Shown here: one piece after another, positions 40,254 to 50,500 of the stretch | Layout of the letters: each line of letters begins with the position of its first letter | How positions within the stretch are numbered: the first letter of the stretch is position 1 | Assembly (NCBI GenBank): GCA_963805085.1 | Contig: CAWDTA010000002.1 | Location: 1,440,001-1,504,000, forward strand | Reading direction: 5' to 3' | DNA: 64,000 nucleotides | Source: an uncultured Veillonellaceae bacterium | Lineage (GTDB): Bacteria > Bacillota > Negativicutes > JARBTT01 | Position numbers and translations under genes: made by a program | Notes under the pieces: model-generated | Databases searched by the model: none | What the model saw: only the letters and a program-made list of their open reading frames with translations | Told to the model about the DNA's origin: nothing

Positions 40254-41075
40254 ATGAATCAGCAATGTTCTTACCGAATTGAAACAATTGCCGGTAATGT
40301 AGAAATAGAAATAGGCCGGTTGAAAGCCCAGGTAGAGTTGTTTTGGGATAAGGAATTAAAGCATTATATTGAATTTGGTTTAAGGGATGGGGTGTCAATA
40401 GCGGAGCTTGGCTCAGGACCGGGATTTCTTACGGAAAAACTTTTGAATAATTTTCCTAGTTCACACATTACAGCGCTAGAGATTGATCCCTATTTGGTTG
40501 ATTTAGCCAAGGGACATTTGTCGGAAAAGTTTGGGGAACGATGCAAAATTTTTGAAGGATCAATTTTAGAAACGGGCTTAAGCGAAAACACATTTGATTT
40601 TGCCATTATCAGGTTATTACTGGAACATTTACCTAATCCGGTCGAGGCGGTCCGCGAAGTATTCCGGATACTTAAACCCGGCGGGAAAGCGTTGTTTGTT
40701 GACAATGATTTTGAAATGCATATTATGACTTATCCGCACGTTTCGGATTTGAGAAATCTTTATGATGCTTATTGCCGATCCAGATATGCTGAAGGGGGGA
40801 ATCCTAAAATTGGACGGGAATTGCCTGCAGTATTGAAAAAAGGCGGGTTTTCGAATGTTGATTTTGAAATCATTAGTGCCCATAGTGAGATCATAGGAGA
40901 GAAACTATTTTCCAAATCTGAAGGAGTTAGTATTCCGTTTAAATTAGTAAAGGATGGTTATTTATCAAGTAAGACTATGGGACAAGTTTCCGTTGAATGG
41001 CGAAATATGCTTAAGAACGAAGGTCATTCAATTATTCGACAATTGTATATGGCTGTTGGGGAAAAATTGTTGTAG
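40254..41075 (+). CDS. Class I SAM-dependent methyltransferase (PKS-associated)
   Basis: ELGSGPG, LLEHL, RILKPGG. Confidence 0.9.
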   Translation: MNQQCSYRIETIAGNVEIEIGRLKAQVELFWDKELKHYIEFGLRDGVSIAELGSGPGFLTEKLLNNFPSSHITALEIDPYLVDLAKGHLSEKFGERCKIFEGSILETGLSENTFDFAIIRLLLEHLPNPVEAVREVFRILKPGGKALFVDNDFEMHIMTYPHVSDLRNLYDAYCRSRYAEGGNPKIGRELPAVLKKGGFSNVDFEIISAHSEIIGEKLFSKSEGVSIPFKLVKDGYLSSKTMGQVSVEWRNMLKNEGHSIIRQLYMAVGEKLL

Positions 41076-41083
41076 AAAAGGGA

Positions 41084-44000
41084 GTGCAGAGGATGAAAGT
41101 CAACAATCCTAATAACATAGAGTACTTTGAAAAGCAAGTGAAAGAGATAATAATAAACTTATTAAAGGATACTGGCGAAGCCCTGGATTTAGATAAAAGT
41201 TTTCTGGAGTTGGGTATTAATTCAGTGTTGGCTGTGGAATTAGTGGAAGCGATTAATCAAAAATTGGGAACTGAATTGGGCATTGAAGTTGTTTTTGACT
41301 ATGCAAGTGTGAAGGAGTTAGCTGAGTTTATTTATTGTAAATCTGAAAAAAAAATCCATCCAGCCAACTTTGACAGCGTATTGGTTGCTGACAGCAATCT
41401 TTCCAGTGAAAATAGTGCACATGATTATATGAGCAAGAAAGAAGCAGAAATTTCGGCAGAAAGAAGTAACGGTTACTCAGATATTAATGCCGGTCGGAGT
41501 CCAGATATAGCAATCATCGGCATTTCCGGTAAATTTGCCGGTTCTGAAACAGTTGAAGAATTTTGGGATCATCTGCAATCTGGTGATAGCTGTATAGAGG
41601 AAATTAAACGCCAAGGGTGGGCAGAATATTATGATTCTGATCCTAGCCAAAAGAATAAATCAATTAGTAAATGGGGGGGGTTGTTAAAAAACATCGACAA
41701 ATTTGATGCTTCATTTTTCAACATATCACCGATTGAAGCCGAAAGGATGGATCCACAACAACGGTTATTCCTGGAAGAAGCATTTAAAGTGTTCGAAGAT
41801 AGTGGATATTCCGCCCAACAGTTATCGGGGCAAAAAGTTGGTGTTTTTGTTGGAGGAAGAGCCTCAAGTTATAAAGACAAGACCTTGCTTGTGGAAGAAA
41901 TTAATTCTCAGACATTTGTAGGCAATGATATGTCGGTTTTGGCTGCGCGAATTTCATATTTTCTAAATTTGAAGGGACCCAACCTGTCAGTAGATACTGC
42001 ATGTTCCTCTTCCTTAGTGGCGATTCATTTAGCTTGTGAGAGTGTTCGTCGAGGAGAATCGGAACTTGCATTGGCAGGGGGGGTCTTTGTTATTGATTCT
42101 CCGGATTTTTACGTCATGACATCAAAAACAAATCTATTATCACCAGATGGTAAATGCAAAACTTTTGATAATGCTGCAAACGGAATTGTGCTTGGCGAAG
42201 GCGTAGGGGTAATGGTATTAAAACGATTGGAAGCGGCTTTGGAAGATGGTGATCATATTTACGGAGTAATTAAAGGCTCTTCTATGAATCAGGATGGAAA
42301 GACAAAGGGAATTACTGCACCGAGTATGCTTTCGCAAAAAAAACTGATATATGAAACATACAAGAATGCTTTGATTAATCCGGAGACTGTTAGTTATATT
42401 GAGGCACATGGTACAGGTACAAAATTAGGGGATCCGATAGAGATTAAAGCATTAACAGAGGCATTTCGTATGTTCACCGATAAAATGCAATTTTGCGCAG
42501 TCGGATCGCATAAACCTAATTTTGGACATACAATCATGACAGCAGGGATTGCAGGAGTCTTTAAAGTCTTAATGGCAATGAAATACAGAAAGATTCCGCC
42601 AGCAATCAGTGTAGAGAAAATCAATGAACATATTGATTTTGATACAAGTCCGTTTTTTGTAAATACGAAACTAAAAAACTGGATAAGTAATGATGGTGGA
42701 CCTTTAAGAGCGGGAGTTAGCTCATTTGGTTTTAGCGGAACAAATTGTCATATTATTATCGAAGAACCGCCAAAAATTAAAAATAATACCGGCAATCCGG
42801 TTAGACCTTATTATTTCTTTCCGTTATCAGCAAAGAGTACAACGGTGTTAAAGCAAAAAATCGCAGATATGGCAAGCTGGTTGGAAAAAGAAGAAGGTAA
42901 TTATGTAGTTGACGATATAGTCTATACATTACTAGTTGGGCGTACTCATTTTTCCGCTCGGTGTGTTTTCGTGGCCAAGGATATAGCCGAATTAAAATAC
43001 AGGATAAAAGAAGTCATTGAAAATGGAAAGACAGAGAATTATTTTTTTAATGAGGAAAATAATTGCGATAACCTGGAACCGATGTTAAAAGAATTAAAGA
43101 AATATGGCGAAAAGCTCATGGAAGAATTACAGGAAACAGGTAATTTAGCCAGAGAAAGATATAAGGAAAAATTGCTGGTCTTATCACATTTATATATAAA
43201 AAAATATGATTTAAATTGGGAAGAATTCTTTAATAAAGGTAAATACCACCGTATTCCTTTATCTACATATCCGTTTGCAGGAGACAGTTATTGGATACCG
43301 GGAGCGACTAAACATCAAGTAGCTATTACCTGCGATGGTGGTGCTGCTTTTATTCATCCTTTATTGCATCGAAATACCTCTGATTTTTCAGAACATCGAT
43401 TTAGCTCGATTTTTACTGGTCGTGAGTTTTTCTTTTTGGATTATGCAGGTAAAGGGAAAAAGGTGTTGGCAGGGGAAGCTTGCCTTGAAATGGCACGGGC
43501 GGCAGTAAAGCAGGCAGCAGGGAATATAGCGGAAGAGAAAACGACAATTAGGCTTAAAAACGTGGTTTGGGGCAGTCCTATGGTTATTGGTGAAGAGCCG
43601 GTACAAGTGCACATTGGACTTTTTCCTGAAGAACACGATCAGATTGCGTTTGAAATCTATGGTGATTCTGTAAAGAGCGGTGCAGAGCCTATAGTGTACT
43701 GTCAAGGCAGTACAATGTTTGATTCGACAGTGGAGATTCCCCTCTTAAACTTAAAAGCCTTAGAAGCACAATGTGAACAGGAAAAAATTAATTCCAGTCA
43801 ATACTGCGAAGCCAATGTTGCAATGGAATTTAACTGTGGCTCGGAACAGAGGAAAATTGAAATGTTGCAGATAGGAAAGGATCGGGCTTTGGTAAAATTG
43901 TCTTTACCTTCTTCCCTTGCTGATACAGGAAAACAATTTGTCGTACACCCTTGTCTACTTCAGGGAGTCTTGCAGGCTTCAGCATGTTTACTCAATTCTA

Positions 44001-47000
44001 GTGAAGTGAAATTGCCCGGAAAGGTAGTTTCACTAACACCTTCATTGCCTTTAGCTCTGGATGAAATTGAAATCCTTGGCGGCTGTACCCCATCCATGTG
44101 GGCATTGATACAGTTTAGAGAGAAAAACAAAGCAGGAGAAAAGGGTCAAAAATTCAATGTGGACTTTTGCGATGATCAGGGAAAAATTTGTGTGCGCTTA
44201 AAGGGAATGGAAATGAAGCCTGTAGAGTTAGCAGAGTATTGTCAAAAACACACTGTGCCGAGGACAAAGCATGTACTGCAAAAGCAATGGGAACATTGTC
44301 CGGGTACTTCTAACCGGAGATTGGACCGGTGTATTGCCATCCTAATGACGCAAGAAACCAAAGAATTAGCAGAAAAGCTTGCTCAGCACCTGCAAAAGAG
44401 TGAACTTTTAGATCTAAATGATCTTGCTGTACAACGTAAACAGGTGGAAGAATGGAAAACATATGATGGATGTGTGGATCTGTCAGGCTGTGGAGAAAGT
44501 ATAAGCAAATCAATGGACTGGATAGTATGGCTGCAACAATTGATTGAGCAGGGCCATAAAGAAGGGCTGATGTTATTGTGCGTGACCAAGGGCTTGGAAT
44601 CATATCAGAATACCAATGCTAATTTGTCAGGTGCTTGTCACGCCGGCTTGTATCGTATGCTGCAAAGTGAATATAGTCAATTAAGATCACGGCATATGGA
44701 TGCAGAAGCAAGTGCTGATACTGAAACGCTAGCGAGACAGATTGCCGCCGAGTTGTTTATGGACAGTGAAGATCCGGAAGTATGTTACCGGAATGGGAAA
44801 CGTTACCGGGCTATGCTTGTTGCATTGCAGGAAAGTGGCAATAACGATACGGGACTGATGTTTCCGCAGGATCAGGTGTTATGGATTACAGGCGGCACAA
44901 AAGGAATTGGATATTTGTGTGCCCGGCACTTTGTCATGCACCATAAAGTCAGGAAACTGGTGTTGACAGGACGAGAAGTACTGCCACCACGAGAAGAATG
45001 GGATAATTACGAGGATAAAAACAATTCTATAGGCAGAAAGATTGAATCTATCCGAGAATTGGAAAAGCAAGGAGCAAAAGTACGGGTTTTGTCAGTGGCG
45101 TTGACAGATAGTGAGGCAGTGCAGCAGAGCCTGCAGGAGATTAAAAATACAATGGGAACTATTGGCGGACTCATACACTGCGCGGGAATCAGCGATGCCG
45201 ACAATCCGGCATTTATCCGAAAAAATATTGATGGGATTAAAACAGTATTGGAACCAAAGGTTAAGGGACTGGAAGTATTGTACCAAAGTTTAAAGGAAGA
45301 ACCGCTGCAGTTTATCGTCTTGTTTTCATCCGTAGCAGGGATAATCCCCAGTTTGGGAGCAGGGCAAAGTGATTATGCGATGGCGAATGCATATATGGAC
45401 TATTTTGCTAGAGTGCATAGGAAATCGAGTCCAATTGTCAGTATACAGTGGCCAAGCTGGAAAGAGGCAGGTATGGGAGAAATCAAGAGCAGAGCATATC
45501 AGCAAACCGGCCTGTTAAGTCATACAGATAGAGAAGGGTTACAATATTTGGACTATGTTCTGTCCCAGAAGATAGGCCCTGTGGTTTTACCGGCAGTGAC
45601 CAATCCAGATAAGTGGAAACCACAGCAGCTTATGGGGCGGAAAATTCAAGAAGAGACCACAACAAGTATACCAGTTAAGGGCGTTCTGGATGAAAGCAAG
45701 GGAGAAGCAAATAATGTCCTTGTTAAAGCAACGCAAGAATGGCTGATATCGTTATTCGCCAGGGAATTGAAGATGGACACCGCGAAGGTGGAAATAGACA
45801 CTCCTTTTCAGGACTATGGATTGGATTCTATTTTACTCGCCCAGATTATTACTAAGATGGATCGTGAGTTAAAAGGCGCAGCATTAGATCCATCGGCACT
45901 TATCGAAAATTCTACAGTAAGAAGTTTGGCAAGGTATTTAACGCAAACTTATCCGGAGTTTCTTACTGCTTTATTCTCTATTGAGGCCTCACTCAGGGAG
46001 AGTGCTGCACAAAGTATTCCAAATGATTCGAAGTCAGTGCTGCTTTTGCAACGAAAGAAAAGAAAAGGATTTTGTCAAACCAAAGCCGACACGCAGAAAG
46101 AAAAGGTTGCAATAATAGGTATGGCCTGTCATTTTCCGGATGCAGCAAATATTTATGAATACTGGGAGAATTTAAAACTTGGAAGAGATAGTATACGCGA
46201 AGTACCGAAGAGTCGGTGGGATTGGGAAAAATATTATGATACCCAGGGCGGTGAAAAAGGAAAAAGTATTAGCAAATGGGGTGCATTTTTAGAAGGAATT
46301 GAAGCATTTGACCCTGGATATTTTAATATCTCAGAGCAATTAGCACCTAAAATTGATCCCCTTCAAAGACAATGGCTTGAGGTCAGTATTGAAGCTTTGG
46401 CGGATGCAGGTTATGAAAAGAAAGATTTGTGGGGGAAACAGATAGGGGTTTTTGCGGGTGCAAGGACAAGTAACTTTGCCGATAAACTTGATAAAAGTAG
46501 CAAAGGTAAGATTATAGGGGGAGGACAAAATTTTATTACGGCTCATTTAGCGCATATTTGTAATTTTAAAGGTCCTAATATGGTTGTAGATACAGCTTGT
46601 TCCAGCTCCTTAACGGCTATCCATTTAGCTGTAAGAAGTATTCAAAGCAAGGAGGCAGAGATTGCCTTGGCTGGGGGAGTTGAAATTCTTTTGGATGAAT
46701 CCGTATTTATTGCGTTAAGTGGCGAAAAAATTTTATCACCTGACGGGCGGTGCAAGACTTTTGATACGAGTGCCAACGGAATCGGGTTAGGCGAAGGTTG
46801 CGGGGTACTGGTTTTAAAATCTTTAAACAAGGCTATTGCTGACAATGATAAGATCTATGGAGTTATTGATGGTTCGGCTATTAATAATGATGGTAATACA
46901 GTGGGGGTAACTACTCCGAATCCTGAAGCTCAGCGTCAGCTCATTGGAGCTGCTATTGCTGATGCAAATATAACCCCTGACACAATAAGTTATATCGAAG

Positions 47001-47551
47001 CACATGGAACAGGTACAGTAATTGGTGATCCAATAGAATTAAAAGCACTTACCCAAATACTCTCAGAGCATACAATGAGGAAAGGTTTCTGCGGTGTAGG
47101 CAGTGTAAAAAGCAATATTGGACATTTGCTAAATGCAGCTGGTGTATCGGGTATTATTAAGGTATTGCTGGCTATAATTCATCAACAAATCCCTCCAACG
47201 TTACATTGCGATAACCCTAATCCACGTTTTAACTTTGAAGAATCACCGTTGTATTTGGTACGGGGTTTACAGGATTGGAGCAGCGAGAACCAGGTTCTGC
47301 GTGCCGGTATTAGTGCATTTGGACTAGGAGGAAATAACGCCAATATTATTGTCAGTAATCAAGGAGTACCCGATACACATAAAGCATCAATGGTACCAAG
47401 GGGTAATAAAGTGGTATTTAAGCGAAAAATCTATTGGCCTGAAATGGCATTGAAAACTTATAAGCAGGAAAGTGAACTTCAAGAGGGTATTCAGCCTAAA
47501 CAGGACGAAGAAGACGAATTTAATGAGCTTTTTGAAATACAGGAGGTGTAA
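41084..47551 (+). CDS. trans-AT type I PKS: ACP-KS-DH0-KR-ACP-KS
   Basis: LGINSV ACP; DTACSS/HGTGT/GH x2; DH lacking HxxxGxxxxP (LDYAGKGKKVLAG); ITGGTKGIG KR; YGLDSI ACP; no AT. Confidence 0.93.
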   Translation: MQRMKVNNPNNIEYFEKQVKEIIINLLKDTGEALDLDKSFLELGINSVLAVELVEAINQKLGTELGIEVVFDYASVKELAEFIYCKSEKKIHPANFDSVLVADSNLSSENSAHDYMSKKEAEISAERSNGYSDINAGRSPDIAIIGISGKFAGSETVEEFWDHLQSGDSCIEEIKRQGWAEYYDSDPSQKNKSISKWGGLLKNIDKFDASFFNISPIEAERMDPQQRLFLEEAFKVFEDSGYSAQQLSGQKVGVFVGGRASSYKDKTLLVEEINSQTFVGNDMSVLAARISYFLNLKGPNLSVDTACSSSLVAIHLACESVRRGESELALAGGVFVIDSPDFYVMTSKTNLLSPDGKCKTFDNAANGIVLGEGVGVMVLKRLEAALEDGDHIYGVIKGSSMNQDGKTKGITAPSMLSQKKLIYETYKNALINPETVSYIEAHGTGTKLGDPIEIKALTEAFRMFTDKMQFCAVGSHKPNFGHTIMTAGIAGVFKVLMAMKYRKIPPAISVEKINEHIDFDTSPFFVNTKLKNWISNDGGPLRAGVSSFGFSGTNCHIIIEEPPKIKNNTGNPVRPYYFFPLSAKSTTVLKQKIADMASWLEKEEGNYVVDDIVYTLLVGRTHFSARCVFVAKDIAELKYRIKEVIENGKTENYFFNEENNCDNLEPMLKELKKYGEKLMEELQETGNLARERYKEKLLVLSHLYIKKYDLNWEEFFNKGKYHRIPLSTYPFAGDSYWIPGATKHQVAITCDGGAAFIHPLLHRNTSDFSEHRFSSIFTGREFFFLDYAGKGKKVLAGEACLEMARAAVKQAAGNIAEEKTTIRLKNVVWGSPMVIGEEPVQVHIGLFPEEHDQIAFEIYGDSVKSGAEPIVYCQGSTMFDSTVEIPLLNLKALEAQCEQEKINSSQYCEANVAMEFNCGSEQRKIEMLQIGKDRALVKLSLPSSLADTGKQFVVHPCLLQGVLQASACLLNSSEVKLPGKVVSLTPSLPLALDEIEILGGCTPSMWALIQFREKNKAGEKGQKFNVDFCDDQGKICVRLKGMEMKPVELAEYCQKHTVPRTKHVLQKQWEHCPGTSNRRLDRCIAILMTQETKELAEKLAQHLQKSELLDLNDLAVQRKQVEEWKTYDGCVDLSGCGESISKSMDWIVWLQQLIEQGHKEGLMLLCVTKGLESYQNTNANLSGACHAGLYRMLQSEYSQLRSRHMDAEASADTETLARQIAAELFMDSEDPEVCYRNGKRYRAMLVALQESGNNDTGLMFPQDQVLWITGGTKGIGYLCARHFVMHHKVRKLVLTGREVLPPREEWDNYEDKNNSIGRKIESIRELEKQGAKVRVLSVALTDSEAVQQSLQEIKNTMGTIGGLIHCAGISDADNPAFIRKNIDGIKTVLEPKVKGLEVLYQSLKEEPLQFIVLFSSVAGIIPSLGAGQSDYAMANAYMDYFARVHRKSSPIVSIQWPSWKEAGMGEIKSRAYQQTGLLSHTDREGLQYLDYVLSQKIGPVVLPAVTNPDKWKPQQLMGRKIQEETTTSIPVKGVLDESKGEANNVLVKATQEWLISLFARELKMDTAKVEIDTPFQDYGLDSILLAQIITKMDRELKGAALDPSALIENSTVRSLARYLTQTYPEFLTALFSIEASLRESAAQSIPNDSKSVLLLQRKKRKGFCQTKADTQKEKVAIIGMACHFPDAANIYEYWENLKLGRDSIREVPKSRWDWEKYYDTQGGEKGKSISKWGAFLEGIEAFDPGYFNISEQLAPKIDPLQRQWLEVSIEALADAGYEKKDLWGKQIGVFAGARTSNFADKLDKSSKGKIIGGGQNFITAHLAHICNFKGPNMVVDTACSSSLTAIHLAVRSIQSKEAEIALAGGVEILLDESVFIALSGEKILSPDGRCKTFDTSANGIGLGEGCGVLVLKSLNKAIADNDKIYGVIDGSAINNDGNTVGVTTPNPEAQRQLIGAAIADANITPDTISYIEAHGTGTVIGDPIELKALTQILSEHTMRKGFCGVGSVKSNIGHLLNAAGVSGIIKVLLAIIHQQIPPTLHCDNPNPRFNFEESPLYLVRGLQDWSSENQVLRAGISAFGLGGNNANIIVSNQGVPDTHKASMVPRGNKVVFKRKIYWPEMALKTYKQESELQEGIQPKQDEEDEFNELFEIQEV

Positions 47552-47557
47552 CACAAA

Positions 47558-50500
47558 ATGTTGGAAAAAGGTAAAACATTTTCACAGAAAATAAGACATT
47601 CTAACTACATTGTACGTGATCACCGCATTCATGGTGTACGTACTCTTCCTGGTGTAACCTTGCTGGATATGATCTACCGGCTATCGGCTGGCTATATAGG
47701 TACTCAGGCAATTGAACTAAAACAGGTTTTATTTAAACAACCTGTAGTTACGTCGGAAAACTTTGATCGAGATGTATTAGTAACCTTCATTCCCAGAAAT
47801 TCACATTGGGAAATAAAAGTTGTCAGTCAAAAAATAAAAAATGATGTGATTTTGGATTCAGCGTATGACGAAAATATGGAATGCTTGCTTTTCCAGCGGG
47901 AAAACACGGAATTAGATAAGAATTTTGATGTGAAGTCATTTATAAGTAATGCAAAAACGCAATGGGATATGGATAGTATTTACCGCTTTGGACGCCAGGT
48001 TAATATTCAACACTTTGAATTTATGAAAACATTAGGCACGGTATACTTAAATGATGATGCAGAAATAATGCATCTTCATTTAAGTGAGCTGGCAGAAAAG
48101 TACAGAGAAAGTTTTTATGCTCATCCGGCTTTTTTGGATGGTTCAACCTTGGCTGGGTTGCCCTTCCAATTAACCGGAAGCGATCAGGAAATATTTCGTG
48201 GTATACCGTACATTCCATTTTTAATTCAGCGGTTTTGCATATACCGGCCATTGCCTAAAAGTATTTATACATATACCAAAAAACCTGAATTTATTATTAA
48301 AAACAAAGAAAATCCTCCAGACATATTTACATTTGATATTACCATTTTTAACGAATTAGGTGAGATCTTAGTTAAATTTGAGAAAATGATGGTGAAACGG
48401 ATCAGAGAACCGCACTTGATTAAAAAACTGATTGAAGCTGACAATAACCGCTTATCACAAGAAAAAACGGAATTTGTAGGAGAAAGCAGTCTTAAGAAGG
48501 AAACCACGCAAGCATGGATTGAAACGCAACGGGAACAGCCAACGGATACCGATGCTAAACATGTCATTCAGTCGTATTTGCAAAAGGAAATTGGTCAAGT
48601 ATTAAAAAAGAACCCTGGTGATGTTGATATAAACTCTGGATTTTATGAATTAGGGTTGGATTCAACTAATTTGTTAGGTCTTGTAAAAGTGCTGGAAGAA
48701 AAATTAGGTGAACAGCTTTACCCGACGTTGTTATTTGAGTATTCAACTATACAACGGCTATCTGACTATTTATCAGAGGATTATGCAAACGCATTTTCTT
48801 GTTTGGAAACAAGTCGGAACAAGGCGGAGAGGAAAACAAGGGACCAAGCTAATAGTGATTCTCGACAGATAATTGTTTCTTATCTGCAGCAAGAGATTGG
48901 TAGAGTATTAAAAAAGAATTCAAACGAAATTGATGTGAACAGCGGATTTTATGAATTGGGGTTGGATTCGACAAATCTTTTATCTCTTGTTAAACAGTTA
49001 GAAGAAAAATTAGGCGAACCGCTTTATCCAACTCTTTTATTTGAGTATTCTACCATTGAGCGTTTGGCGGAGTATTTGCTGAGTAACTATGATAAACTCT
49101 TTCTTGATTTTCATAATAAGGAAAACAATGACAAAGATAATCGCAGTTTACAAAATTCCAATAACGCAAACATGGTATTTCTGGAACCTGGTTGGTATAA
49201 ACAAAATATTATGAACCAGCAAGCCGTAACTCAAAAACACCAGCATATAGTTATACTGTTTAGTGATGAGGAAAATGTAAAGTCAGCAATTCAACAAAGT
49301 ATGTGTACTGCGGACGTTATTATATTGACTTCAAGAGAAGAAAATATTGTATGCCGGTTTGAGGATAAATTTATACAATTGCTGCAACTAATCCAAGAGC
49401 GGCTAGGGCAAAAAACTCCAGTAGAACTGTTATTGCAAATTGTTGCAGATTCGGATAGCGAAGGTAAGTATGTTTATGCGCTGGCGGGAATGTTGAAAAC
49501 CGCTTATTTAGAAAATCCAAAGATTCATAGTCAAATCATTGCTATTGATAAGCTGCAGTCACAATCAATTTCTGCCATTGTGCAGATTCTTCAAAAAGAA
49601 TCTCTTGCCTTTGAACAGGATGTACTGGAAATTTGCTACAGAGGAGAAGGACTCCATCGTTATATAAGACAGCTAAATGAGAAGGAGCCTTCAGCAAATA
49701 CGTTGATATCTTATAAGGAAAATGGAGTATATGTTATTACAGGAGGATTAGGCGGTCTAGGAATTTTAATTGCCGATCATATTGCCAACCAGGTTAAAAG
49801 TAAACTTGTATTAATTGGCCGGTCTCAGTTAGATTCGACAAAGGAAGAAAAAATACGCCAGTTACGGCAAAAAGGAGCAGAGGTATTATATCTGCAGGCG
49901 GATATCAGTAAAAAAACGGAGATTGTAAACGTATTTAACGTGATCAAAAATAAATTTGGATTTATCACCGGGATTTTTCATAACGCAGGGGTATTAAAAG
50001 ATCAGGTTATTATTAAAAAAAATCTGTTAGAAATACAAGATGTTTTCCGCCCTAAAGTACATGGCTTGTGGTACTTAGATGAGGCAACTCAGGACGAAGA
50101 AATGGATTTCTTTATTGTATTTTCTTCCCTTTCGGCCATTACGGGCAATCTGGGGCAAGCAGATTATGCAACTGCGAATGCTTTTATGGATGTTTTCGCG
50201 ACTTTCCGTCAGGATAGGGTAAAGGAAGGCAAACGGTTTGGCAAAACAATCAGCATTAACTGGCCATTATGGTCTGATGGCGGAATGCAGGTAGATGACA
50301 GGTTTGAAGAAATGATGGCTGGTTCATTTGGCATGAAACCATTACCAGCACAATTAGGTCTAAAGGCTCTGGATACTTTATTAAGCCAAAACAGAACCCG
50401 CAATATTGTTTTTTATGGTGACAAAAGCAAAATGCGCAGTTATCTAGGTTCTTATATTCATGCAACACAGGAAGATGCGCAAATTTCTATGAAAAGGTCA

